Shown one piece after another: positions 27,859 through 36,989 of a stretch of 58,254 bases of DNA (position 1 is its first letter; every line of letters starts with the position of its first letter). The position numbers and the translations under genes were made by a program. Below the pieces are notes generated by a model. It did not search any database, was not told the DNA's origin, and saw only the letters and a list, made by a program, of their open reading frames with translations. The stretch is from an uncultured Gemmatimonadaceae bacterium. Its GTDB lineage: Bacteria; Gemmatimonadota; Gemmatimonadetes; Longimicrobiales; RSA9. The stretch is taken from contig CAYSGF010000215.1 of NCBI GenBank assembly GCA_964430275.1, forward strand, positions 1 through 58,254. Direction: 5' to 3'.

Positions 27859-28464
27859 TCACGGCGACATCCGCACGAATGCGCCACGCTCGACATCGAG
27901 AATGTCGATGGTGCCCTCCTCGATGATGTAGTGCCAGCCGTGCAGCGATACGGCACCGTCCTCGACGCGCGCACGCAGCTCCGGATACGTCAGCAGCCGC
28001 TCGAGCTGCAGCGCGATCGAGCGCTGCTCCGTGCGATGGAGCAGAGCGTCATCGACGGGCCCATCGAGGCGCGCATCGGCAGCCAGGCCGAGCCAGCGCT
28101 CGATGTGCGGTGTGCCCGCGGGCGGATCATACAGAGCCCGGATCGCTCCACAGTGCGTATGTCCGCATACGACGATGTCGGTGACGCCCAGCACGAGGTT
28201 CGCGAACTCGATGGCGGCCGACGTGCCGTGATAGCCGTAGTCGGACTCATAGGGTGGCACGAAGGCCCCCATGTTACGCACGTGGAACAACTCGCCCGGG
28301 TCGGCGCCCGTGAAGACTTCCGGCATGACGCGCGAATCGGCGCAGCCGATGAACAGGGTGGCCGGCTGTTGGCCGTGACTGACCAGGTCCTGGTAGCGGT
28401 CGCGGAAGCGGGGGAAGACGTCGCGATGAAAGCGGCGCAACCCTTCGATGAGCTTGTCAGGCAT
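27859..28464 (-). CDS. Beta-class carbonic anhydrase
   Basis: Zn ligands CADSR and GHTHCGAI, plus GELFHVRNMG and LHGWHY. GGAGG upstream of ATG 28464. Confidence 0.93.
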   Translation of the reverse strand: MPDKLIEGLRRFHRDVFPRFRDRYQDLVSHGQQPATLFIGCADSRVMPEVFTGADPGELFHVRNMGAFVPPYESDYGYHGTSAAIEFANLVLGVTDIVVCGHTHCGAIRALYDPPAGTPHIERWLGLAADARLDGPVDDALLHRTEQRSIALQLERLLTYPELRARVEDGAVSLHGWHYIIEEGTIDILDVERGAFVRMSP

Positions 28465-28529
28465 TGTGGGAGGATCGGTGTGAATCGCGTTGCGGTCAAG
28501 TCGATGACGGGCGTGTGCGTGTGAGAGGG

Positions 28530-28913
28530 ATGGAAGGCAGCGGCCGCGGACCGCGCGCGCCGCAGTACCGCACGGTCGCGCTCGAGGGGTACGAGATTCT
28601 GATCGGCAAGGCGGCCTCGGACAATGACGCCTTGACCTTCCGGGTTGCGCGGCCGCACGACCTGTGGCTGCATGCCGCCGGGTACGCGGGCAGTCATGTC
28701 GTCGTGCGCGCGCCGGAGGAGGGCGTGATCCCGAGGCACGTCGCGGAGCGGGCGGCGGAGCTGGCTGCCTGGCACTCGAAGGCGCGTGCGGCGCGCGGCA
28801 AGGTGGCGGTGCACATGTGCCGCGCCGGGGACGTGCGGAAGCGGCGCGGTGCGCCTGCCGGGCAGGTCGAGCTGCGGCGCTATGAGACACTGAAGGTCTA
28901 TCCGCGCGAGTAG
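28530..28913 (+). CDS. Stand-alone NFACT RNA-binding (NFACT-R/DUF814) domain protein
   Basis: ILIGKAASDNDALT, DLWLHAAGYAGSHVVV and AAELAAWHSKAR. Confidence 0.85.
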   Translation: MEGSGRGPRAPQYRTVALEGYEILIGKAASDNDALTFRVARPHDLWLHAAGYAGSHVVVRAPEEGVIPRHVAERAAELAAWHSKARAARGKVAVHMCRAGDVRKRRGAPAGQVELRRYETLKVYPRE

Positions 28914-29000
28914 GCACGCGCGCCCCGTCGGCTTGACAGGCGCACGCACGCGCCAGAACCTACAGCCGATCCCTCGCCCCGAACGCAACAGGAAGAAGCC

Positions 29001-30665
29001 ATGAAAGCGCAGGCATCCCGCCTCCGGGTGCTGTGTGTCGCAGCGTCGTTGACGCTCGCGGCCCAGGCCGTCGAGGCGCAGTTCACCGAGGCGCCGCCGC
29101 CGGCTGCGTACGCGCTGCAGGATGTAACCCTGGTCGGCGCGGACGGTGTTCGGCATGACGGTGTGACGGTGGTCGTGCGTGGCGGGCTGATCGAGGCGAT
29201 CGGCCGGGGTACCCCGGTGCCGCCCGATGCGCGGGTGCTCGCCGGTGATACGCTCTACGTCTATCCCGGCCTGATCGACGCGCACGGGAATGTGGCGCAC
29301 GAGCTGCCGCGCGACAGCATCGACCGGCGCACGGTGAAGGCCTGGGCTCCGACGCGCGCGGCGCAGGGCTTCCGGCCGCACCGTCAGATTGCCGACTACA
29401 TCACGGCGCGGGGATCCGACGGCAGGGCGCTCCGGCGCGACGGCGTGGTGGCGGTCGCCGTGCATCCGACCGACGGCCTGATGCCGGGGCAGGGTGCGCT
29501 CGTGCTGCTGCGACCCGACGCCGCCTCGTCGGCGGAGCTGCTGCTGGATCCGTCACTCGGGCCGGTATTCACGCTGCGGGGTCGACGCGGCTTCTACCCA
29601 TCCACGGTGATGGGCACCTTCGCCTTCTACCGGCAGACCTTCCTGGACGCGGCCCGCCACACGCGCATCGCGCAGGCGGCGGACCGGGACGCACGCGGCA
29701 TCGGCCTGCCCTCTTTCGACCGCGACTATGCAGCCCTTCAGGCCGTGGTCGGCGGCGCGACGCCCGTGTGGTTCATCGCGAACACGAGCGGCGAGATCCG
29801 CCAGGCGCTGGCGCTCTCGCAGGAGCTCGACTTCCGGCCAGTCATCGTCGGTGGCAAGGAAGCGTGGAAAGTTGCGGACGAGCTGAAGCGGCGCGAGGTG
29901 CCGGTGCTCGTCTCCGTCGATTTCACGAAGCCGGAGCAGTGGAAGCCGGAGTCCGAGGACAGCGCTTCCACGGAAGCCGGCGTGGTGCGCGAGCGGCGGG
30001 AGATCGAGAACGAGTACCGGAATCCCGGCAGGCTCGCGGCCGCCGGCGTGCGCTTCGCACTCGCCAGCGGCGGCGGAGAAGCCAACCTGCGCGAGGGCGC
30101 ACGTACCGCGATCCGCTACGGTCTCGACGAGGCGGCCGCGCTGCGTGCGTTGACCACGACGCCCGCCGCACTCCTCGATGCACCCGCGCTCGCCCGCGTG
30201 GAAGCGGGGATGCCGGCGAATCTCGTGGTAGCGGACGGGCCGCTCTTCGAAGAGGACGCGCGCGTGCGCTACACGTTCGTGGCCGGGCAGCTGGAGGAGG
30301 CGGGCGCGGGCGGCAGCAGCGGCGGTGGCGGGAGCAGTGGGGAGGCCGTGAGTGCGGCGGGGACGTGGAGTGTGGACGTCGAATCGCCGCAGGGCACGCA
30401 GAGCAGCACACTCACGCTGACGCAGGACGGCAGTGAGGTCAGCGGCACGATGGAGAGCGAGCTCGGCTCGACGCCGGTCACCGGCACGGTCGAAGGCAAT
30501 ACCCTGAGCTTCACCATGACGCTTCAGTTCGGCGGGCAGAGCATGCGGCTCGATTTCTCCGGCACGATCGAGGGGGACAGCGCGAGCGGCACGGCTACGA
30601 CGCCGATGGGCGACCTGAACTGGACGGCGCGGCGGACCGCGCCCGGCGCGGAGGCGGCGCAGTGA
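29001..30665 (+). CDS. Secreted amidohydrolase-superfamily protein with an extra C-terminal beta domain
   Basis: Signal peptide, YPGLIDAHG, GVVAV and ARVEAGMPANLVV. A GGSSGGGGSSG linker leads to a WSVDVESPQG...LTLTQDG domain. Confidence 0.8.
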   Translation: MKAQASRLRVLCVAASLTLAAQAVEAQFTEAPPPAAYALQDVTLVGADGVRHDGVTVVVRGGLIEAIGRGTPVPPDARVLAGDTLYVYPGLIDAHGNVAHELPRDSIDRRTVKAWAPTRAAQGFRPHRQIADYITARGSDGRALRRDGVVAVAVHPTDGLMPGQGALVLLRPDAASSAELLLDPSLGPVFTLRGRRGFYPSTVMGTFAFYRQTFLDAARHTRIAQAADRDARGIGLPSFDRDYAALQAVVGGATPVWFIANTSGEIRQALALSQELDFRPVIVGGKEAWKVADELKRREVPVLVSVDFTKPEQWKPESEDSASTEAGVVRERREIENEYRNPGRLAAAGVRFALASGGGEANLREGARTAIRYGLDEAAALRALTTTPAALLDAPALARVEAGMPANLVVADGPLFEEDARVRYTFVAGQLEEAGAGGSSGGGGSSGEAVSAAGTWSVDVESPQGTQSSTLTLTQDGSEVSGTMESELGSTPVTGTVEGNTLSFTMTLQFGGQSMRLDFSGTIEGDSASGTATTPMGDLNWTARRTAPGAEAAQ

Positions 30666-33358
30666 TGACGAAGACGAGACAGCTGCTCGGCGCAGCCGTT
30701 GCGCTCGCGCTGGCGGCAGGGCCGGCGAGCGCGCAGGAGGTCGAGACGCAGACCGAGGCCCGGCCGGCACCGAAGGGCAGCGTGGTGATTCGCAATCTGG
30801 ACGCGATCTGGACGGCTACCGGCCACGTGCTTCAGGGCCAGTCGATCGCAATCGACAACGGGGTGATCCGCGCAATCGGCGAAACCGTGCCGACGCCGGC
30901 GAACGCAGTGGTGATCGACGGGCGCGGCCTGACGGCGATGCCGGGCATCGTCGACCAGCACTCGCACATTGCCATGGGCGGCGGCAGCAACGAGAGCACG
31001 GCCCCGGTGGTGCCCGAGGTGCGCGTGATCGATGACCTCGATCCGCACGACTTCGGCATCTACCAGGCGCTCTCCGGAGGTGTTACGACCACACAGGTGC
31101 TGCACGGCAGCTCGAACCCGATCGGCGGTCAGAGTGCGATCATCAAGCTGCACTGGGGGCTCGACGATCCGCATCGCCTGCTGCTCGCGGATGCGCCGCG
31201 CACCGTCAAGTTCGCGCTGGGCGAGAATGTCACGCGCAAGAACTCGAGCAATCCGGTCGACCGCTTTCCGGCGTCGCGCGAAGGCGTGGAAGCGGTCTAT
31301 GTCCAGGCGTTCACTGCAGCGCAGGAGTACCAGCGGGCATGGGACGAGTACGAGCGTGAGCCGCGCTCGTTCCGTGTACCGCCGCGCCGCGACCTCCGTC
31401 TGGAGGCGCTCAGCGACATCATGAGCGGCCGGATCCGGGTCCATGCGCACAGCTATCGCGGCGACGAGATCCTGATGCTGATGCGCGTTGCCGAGCGGTT
31501 CGGCTTCAGGATCGACGTGTTCACGCACGTGCTGGAGGGCTACAAGGTGGCCGGCGAGATGGCGGCGCACGGCGCGGCGGGCTCGACGTTCTCGGACTGG
31601 TGGATGTACAAGCTCGAGGCATTCGACGCGATTCCCTACAACGCCGCGATCATGCACGAGCACGGTGTCCTCACGTCGCTCAACTCCGACATCCCGTGGC
31701 TCCAGTCATCGCTGCTGTACGAGATGCAGAAGCCGGTGAAGTACGGCAATGTCTCGAAGGAGGACGCACTGCGCATGCTGACGCTGAACGGCGCCAGGCA
31801 GCTGCGTATCGATCACCTGACCGGTTCGCTCGAGGTCGGCAAGCATGGGGATGTCGTCCTGCTCAATGGCGACCCGTTCAACACGTTCACGCGTGTCGAG
31901 AAGACGATCGTCGATGGCATGGTCTACTATGACCGGACGGACGAGCCCATGAAGCGCGATGAGCCGGTGCGTGCCATCGAGGGGGCGCCGGCCGTGGCGG
32001 CGGCAGCGGCGCAGCCGCCAGCGGCACTGGCCGTCGCCGAGTTCGAGCCACCGATCGTGCCGGCCGAGCACAAGCTGACGGACGCGATCGTGACCGCGCC
32101 GCTCACCGCGATCGTGGGGGGCACGGTACACCCGGTTGCGGGCCGGACGATCGAGAACGGTGTCGTGGTGATGCGCAACGGCGTCATCGAGGCGGTCGGC
32201 AGTGCGGACGCGGTGCAGGTCCCGGCGAATGCACGCCGCGTCGATGCCAGCGGGCGCCACGTCTACCCGGGAATGATCGACCCGTTGACCTCGCTCGGGC
32301 TGGTCGACATCGAGTCGATCAGCTCGGCCCGGGACGACGCGGAAGTCGGCGAGTTCAACCCGAACATCCGCTCACTGTGGGGGGTCAACCCGTTCAGTGA
32401 GGGGATCTACGTCGCGCGCGCGAACGGTGTCACGTCCGTGCTCACGATTCCCGGCAGCGGCATCGTGCGCGGCACCGGCTCCGTGATTCAGCTGCGTGGC
32501 GACACCCCGGAGCGGCTCGCCATCGACGCTGAGAACGCGCTGGTCGTCGAGTTCCCCCGTCCGTCGGGCGAACAGTGGGAGGAGCCGAAGCTGGAGGGGG
32601 AGCGCGTCGAGCAGCTCGTGGACCTGTTCCGGCGCGCACGCGCGTACGCCGCCAACCCCTCGAGTGTGCGCGATCCGACGGCGCGCTTCGAGGTGAACTC
32701 GTCGCCGTCGGACCGGGTCCTGCTCGAGGGCATGCGCGCGGCCATCACGGGAGCGGTGCCGACCATTTTCATCGCGCAGTCGGAGCGCGAGATCCGCTCG
32801 CTGCTCATGTTCCTGGACAGCTTCCCACAGGTGAAGGCGGTTCTGGGTGGAGGGGCACAGGCGTTCCGCATCGCTGCCGAGCTCGCACAGCGCGACATCC
32901 CGGTCATCGTCGGCACAAACCTGACGCCATCGGACTACCGCGATGATCCGGTCACGTCGCCGTGGCGCAACGCGGCGATCCTGCATGACGCAGGCGTTCG
33001 GGTCGCATTCACGACGTCGTTCTCGCCCGAGGGTGTGAGCGAGGTGAGGAACCTGCCGTACACGGCGGCGCGCGCGGTCGCGTACGGCATGGAGCGCGAC
33101 GATGCATTCGCGGGGCTGACACAGAATGCCGCGGAGATTCTCGGTCTCGGTGGCATACTCGGCACGCTCGAGACCGGCAAGCGCGCCGACGTCATCGTTA
33201 CGACCGGAGACCCGATGCAGATCACGTCGCACGTCACGCGCATGTTCATCGCCGGGGACGAAATGCCGCTCGCCTCGAAGCACACACGCCTCTACCAGCA
33301 GTTCATGCAGCGCGGCCCGGGCGGCGTCGTGACCGAGGAGACCGTCCTGCAGCAGTGA
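30665..33358 (+). CDS. Secreted tandem amidohydrolase (two fused domains)
   Basis: Domain 1 has PGIVDQHSH, GGVTT, HAHSY, HVLEG and GSLEVGKHGDVV. Domain 2 has YPGMIDPLTSLG, NGVTS and GTLETGKRADVIV. TGATG overlap with the upstream gene. Confidence 0.85.
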   Translation: MTKTRQLLGAAVALALAAGPASAQEVETQTEARPAPKGSVVIRNLDAIWTATGHVLQGQSIAIDNGVIRAIGETVPTPANAVVIDGRGLTAMPGIVDQHSHIAMGGGSNESTAPVVPEVRVIDDLDPHDFGIYQALSGGVTTTQVLHGSSNPIGGQSAIIKLHWGLDDPHRLLLADAPRTVKFALGENVTRKNSSNPVDRFPASREGVEAVYVQAFTAAQEYQRAWDEYEREPRSFRVPPRRDLRLEALSDIMSGRIRVHAHSYRGDEILMLMRVAERFGFRIDVFTHVLEGYKVAGEMAAHGAAGSTFSDWWMYKLEAFDAIPYNAAIMHEHGVLTSLNSDIPWLQSSLLYEMQKPVKYGNVSKEDALRMLTLNGARQLRIDHLTGSLEVGKHGDVVLLNGDPFNTFTRVEKTIVDGMVYYDRTDEPMKRDEPVRAIEGAPAVAAAAAQPPAALAVAEFEPPIVPAEHKLTDAIVTAPLTAIVGGTVHPVAGRTIENGVVVMRNGVIEAVGSADAVQVPANARRVDASGRHVYPGMIDPLTSLGLVDIESISSARDDAEVGEFNPNIRSLWGVNPFSEGIYVARANGVTSVLTIPGSGIVRGTGSVIQLRGDTPERLAIDAENALVVEFPRPSGEQWEEPKLEGERVEQLVDLFRRARAYAANPSSVRDPTARFEVNSSPSDRVLLEGMRAAITGAVPTIFIAQSEREIRSLLMFLDSFPQVKAVLGGGAQAFRIAAELAQRDIPVIVGTNLTPSDYRDDPVTSPWRNAAILHDAGVRVAFTTSFSPEGVSEVRNLPYTAARAVAYGMERDDAFAGLTQNAAEILGLGGILGTLETGKRADVIVTTGDPMQITSHVTRMFIAGDEMPLASKHTRLYQQFMQRGPGGVVTEETVLQQ

Positions 33359-33469
33359 GCGTGGAGGGGGAACGGCGCGGCGGGGCGCCGCCCGTTCACC
33401 CGACGCTGCCCAGCCTTGCAGCCGGCACGACCGCCGGCCCATCGATCCGTAACAACCCTGGAGGACGTG

Positions 33470-33796
33470 ATGCTCGTCGTCACCACCCCCGTCGTCTCCG
33501 AGCGGAAGACCGTACGCACACTCGGGCTCGTCTCGGGAGAGGCGATCCTGGGCGCAAATATCTTCAAGGATTTCTTCGCCGGCATCCGTGACATCGTTGG
33601 CGGTCGTTCCGCCGCGTACGAGGAGGAGCTTCGCAAGGCGAAGGAGATCGCGTTGCAGGAGATGGAGAATGAGGCGGAAGCGCTGGGCGGCAACGCCGTC
33701 GTTGGCGTCGATCTCGACTATGAAACGATCGGTTCGGGACAGGGCGGCAACATGCTGATGGTGAGCGCGAGCGGCACCGCCGTGCTCCTGGAGTGA
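33470..33796 (+). CDS. YbjQ/UPF0145 heavy-metal-binding domain protein
   Basis: [30 protein letters not shown] and [13 protein letters not shown]...[11 protein letters not shown]. Confidence 0.92.
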   Translation: MLVVTTPVVSERKTVRTLGLVSGEAILGANIFKDFFAGIRDIVGGRSAAYEEELRKAKEIALQEMENEAEALGGNAVVGVDLDYETIGSGQGGNMLMVSASGTAVLLE

Positions 33797-33976
33797 GTCT
33801 CGAGGCGGACCCGGCGCAGATCCACGCACCTCGCGTGTTGTTGGCCAGCACCGGCGGCGGTACTATACTGCCGGTCACGGCGACGAACCTGCCTCGTCGC
33901 GGGAGTCCGCCTCCCTATCCGTGTGCCATTCGCGCGGGCCGCTGCATGCCCGCGAAACGTTCTCATACCGCCCGTT

Positions 33977-35698
33977 ATGAACGACAGCACGAAAGCCGCG
34001 CTACGGATCAGCGCCGCGTACTTTTTCCTCGGTGCGCTCTGGGTCCTGCTGTCCGATCGCCTGGTGGTGGCGTGGGTGGCGCCCGAGAACGTGCATACGG
34101 CGCAGACCGTCAAGGGCTGGGCCTTCATGGCGACGGTCGCCGTGCTTCTGTTCTGGTGGGTGCGCGGTGAGCTCAACGCACGTGCGCGTTCGCGTGAAAC
34201 GCTGCGCACGACAGAAGCGAATCTTGCGATCCTGCTCAACCAGGCACTGACCGGCGTGTTCGTGGTTCGCGATGAACGTTACGTGTATGTGAACGAGCGA
34301 TTCGCGGAGATCTTCGGGCATCCGGCAGAAGCGTTGATCGGGGCTGCCGCGGATGCGGTCGTCTACGAGGGCGAGCAGGCGCGCATGCTGGCGCAACTCG
34401 CGCGCACGGGTGAGCGTCGCAGCAGCGAGCAGTTCGGGTTCCGTGGTGTGCGTGCAGACGGCAGCCTGGTGCATGCCGAGGCACAGACGACCCTCACCGA
34501 GCTGGACGGCGAGCCGGCCATACTCGGCATCCTGCTGGACGTGACGCAGCGCAAGGTCGTCGAGTCGCAATATCAGGCAGCGCGGCGTCTGGAGGCGATC
34601 GGGCGCATGGCCGGCGGCGTGGCGCACGACTTCAAGAACCTGCTCACGGCGATCACTGGAGCCGCCGAGCTGCTGCGGGGGCGTGAGCGCCTGCCACCCG
34701 AATCGGCCGAGGAGCTGCAGGTGATCCTGAGCACGGCTGAGCGCGGCGCGATGCTGTCGCGGCAGCTTCTCGCCTTCAGCCAGAACCGGGTGCAGAACGC
34801 CGAGCCCGTGGACATTCCGGCGATCGTTCAGGGCATGGCGCCGCTGCTGCAGCGGCTGATGCATGCCCGCATCCGACTCGATCTCCAGATCGATTCCGCG
34901 GTACCCGCAGTCATGGCGGACCGGAACCAGATCGAGCAGATCGTGCTCAACCTGGTCGTGAACGCGCGCGACGCGATGCCGGGCGGCGGTACGCTGCGGA
35001 TCAGCGTCTCGCGGGTGGCGGGCGCGAAAGCGCCGCCGGAAGCCCGGGTCGTCGCTGGCGGGGGTCAGCTGGTAGGTCTGCGCGTGGAAGACAGCGGCGT
35101 CGGCATCCCGCGTGAGCTGCAGGCGCGCGTGTTCGAGCCGTACTTCACGACCAAGGGGGAGCAGGGTACCGGCCTCGGGCTCGCCACCGTACAGGGTGTG
35201 GTCGCGCAGACCGGCGGCCACATCATCCTCGACAGCAGTCCCGGACGGACCTGCTTCTCGATCTACTTTCCGTCTGCCGATCCGCTGCCGCCTGCCGGTG
35301 ACGGGGCACGAGCGCCGGTCCGCGCGAACAGCAAAGAGCAGGCGTTGCGCGTCCTCGTCGTCGATGATGAGGCAGTCGTTCGAGCAGTCACGCGCAGAGC
35401 CCTCGAAGGCGCGGGCTTCGTCGTCACCGAGGCGATGGACGGTGCCAGCGCCAGAGGGTGCTTCGGAGAGCTGGGCACCTTCGACGTCGTGCTGCTCGAC
35501 ATCTCCCTCCCGGACGAATCGGGCGCCGACATCGCGCGCGCCATCGCCCGCTACCCGGATGCGCCGCCCATCGTCTTCATGTCCGGCTACGGCCAGACGG
35601 ACGTCGCGCTGCCGGGTGACGTGCATCCCGCCGGCTTCGTCGAGAAGCCCTTCACGGTCGACGAGATCGCGCGCGCCGTCACCCAGGCGACCCGCTGA
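33977..35698 (+). CDS. Hybrid sensor histidine kinase/response regulator with PAS domain
   Basis: Two TM segments, PAS, H-box GGVAHDFKN, NLVVNARDAMP.GG, DSGVGI, FEPYFTTK, GTGLGL, and a receiver domain (VVDDE, LLDISLP, MSGY). Confidence 0.92.
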   Translation: MNDSTKAALRISAAYFFLGALWVLLSDRLVVAWVAPENVHTAQTVKGWAFMATVAVLLFWWVRGELNARARSRETLRTTEANLAILLNQALTGVFVVRDERYVYVNERFAEIFGHPAEALIGAAADAVVYEGEQARMLAQLARTGERRSSEQFGFRGVRADGSLVHAEAQTTLTELDGEPAILGILLDVTQRKVVESQYQAARRLEAIGRMAGGVAHDFKNLLTAITGAAELLRGRERLPPESAEELQVILSTAERGAMLSRQLLAFSQNRVQNAEPVDIPAIVQGMAPLLQRLMHARIRLDLQIDSAVPAVMADRNQIEQIVLNLVVNARDAMPGGGTLRISVSRVAGAKAPPEARVVAGGGQLVGLRVEDSGVGIPRELQARVFEPYFTTKGEQGTGLGLATVQGVVAQTGGHIILDSSPGRTCFSIYFPSADPLPPAGDGARAPVRANSKEQALRVLVVDDEAVVRAVTRRALEGAGFVVTEAMDGASARGCFGELGTFDVVLLDISLPDESGADIARAIARYPDAPPIVFMSGYGQTDVALPGDVHPAGFVEKPFTVDEIARAVTQATR

Positions 35699-36202
35699 AG
35701 CAGCGCGCAATCCTTTCGCGGATCCGCTATTTCCTGCTGCTCCACCCCGGGCAACGAATGCGCGCGTGCGGGACGGTCGAACCTCCATCCTGCGCAACCG
35801 CAAGCAGTTGGACGTTCTTGCGCGTGTGCCCGCCGAGCGCGGAATGGGGTTTGCCTTGCTACCAGCCCCGGAGGTATGGGCGCACTGTGCCGGCTGCGAC
35901 AGCAGCTCGCGCAGCACCACGCCTCCTCGCCAGTCCCGAATCACCCGCGGGATGAAGCGACAACGGGCCGGCGATCCGCGAGGATCGTCGGCCCGATACG
36001 TATCCGGACGTGCTGCCATCCCGCTGACGGCCGCGTTCGTACGGCCCCGTCCGCCGTTCGGCCCATGCGAGCCAACGCGGGGAACCGGTTGTGCGTCGTG
36101 CTAGTATGCAGGGTACACTCCGCGCGGCCTGTGTTCGGCTGCGTCTGCGCTCGCGATCGAGCGCTCCCGTCGGACCCGTAGCCTCTTCCCCCGGAGTCGC
36201 GC

Positions 36203-36985
36203 GTGCGGGCAGTCCTCCTTGTTCTTCTACTTGCCATATCGAGTGGCGTCGGTGCGCACGGCGGTCCGGAGAAGACCGTGGGCCACACGGCAGATCAGAT
36301 GGCAGAGACCGGGCGTCCGCATGAGTTCCGCTTCACGCGTGCGATCTACAACAGCGGTGGTGACGGCTGGGGCCGGCGCGGGCGCTCGTGGGCGACGGAC
36401 TATCCGAAGGCGGACGAGCAGTTCGTCACAGTCCTCGACCGGCTGGTCGACCGGCTCGACGTCGCGTCCGGTGAGAATGCACTGCGCCTCGACGATCCGG
36501 AGCTGCGCCGCTATCCATTCCTGTACGCAGTGGAAGTCGGCCACATGTCGCTGTCGGACGCCGAGGTGGAGGGGCTGCGCTCCTACCTGCTCGCAGGCGG
36601 TTTCCTGATGGTCGACGATTTCTGGGGCACGCGGGAGTGGGCGCAGTTCGAGCAGCAGATCCGGCGTGTGCTGCCCGAATACCCGATCGTCGACATCCCG
36701 CTCGACCATCCGCTCCTCGACACCTTCTACCAGGTCGAGGAGGTCGTGCAGGTACCGTCGATCTCGAACTGGCGCTGGCGCAGGCAGACGCATGAGCGCG
36801 ACGGCTACATCCCCGCGCTGCGCGGCATCTTCGACGACCGGCAACGCCTGCTCGTCGTGATTCACTTCAACAGCGATCTGGGCGACGCCTGGGAGTGGGC
36901 GGAGCAGCCGGACTACCCGCTGGAGTTCTCCACATATGCGATGCAGATGACCGCGAACAACATCATCTACGCATTGAGTCACTGA
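36203..36985 (+). CDS. DUF4159 domain protein (exported), copy 1
   Basis: Signal peptide, FRFTR..Y, W.TDYP.AD, YPFLY, LRSYLLAGGFL.VDDF, HPL...FY and NSDLGDAWE. Confidence 0.8.
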   Translation: MRAVLLVLLLAISSGVGAHGGPEKTVGHTADQMAETGRPHEFRFTRAIYNSGGDGWGRRGRSWATDYPKADEQFVTVLDRLVDRLDVASGENALRLDDPELRRYPFLYAVEVGHMSLSDAEVEGLRSYLLAGGFLMVDDFWGTREWAQFEQQIRRVLPEYPIVDIPLDHPLLDTFYQVEEVVQVPSISNWRWRRQTHERDGYIPALRGIFDDRQRLLVVIHFNSDLGDAWEWAEQPDYPLEFSTYAMQMTANNIIYALSH

Positions 36986-36989
36986 CTCG

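Noticed and set aside
35699-36202. Small ORFs, a sigma54-like TGG-N8-TTGCT near 35847 and a GGAGGT before ATG 35876
   Set aside because: The -24 box lacks CAC, the SD-to-ATG spacing is zero, and the translations show no coding features. Treated as the probable promoter region of the DUF4159 operon with nothing demonstrable.
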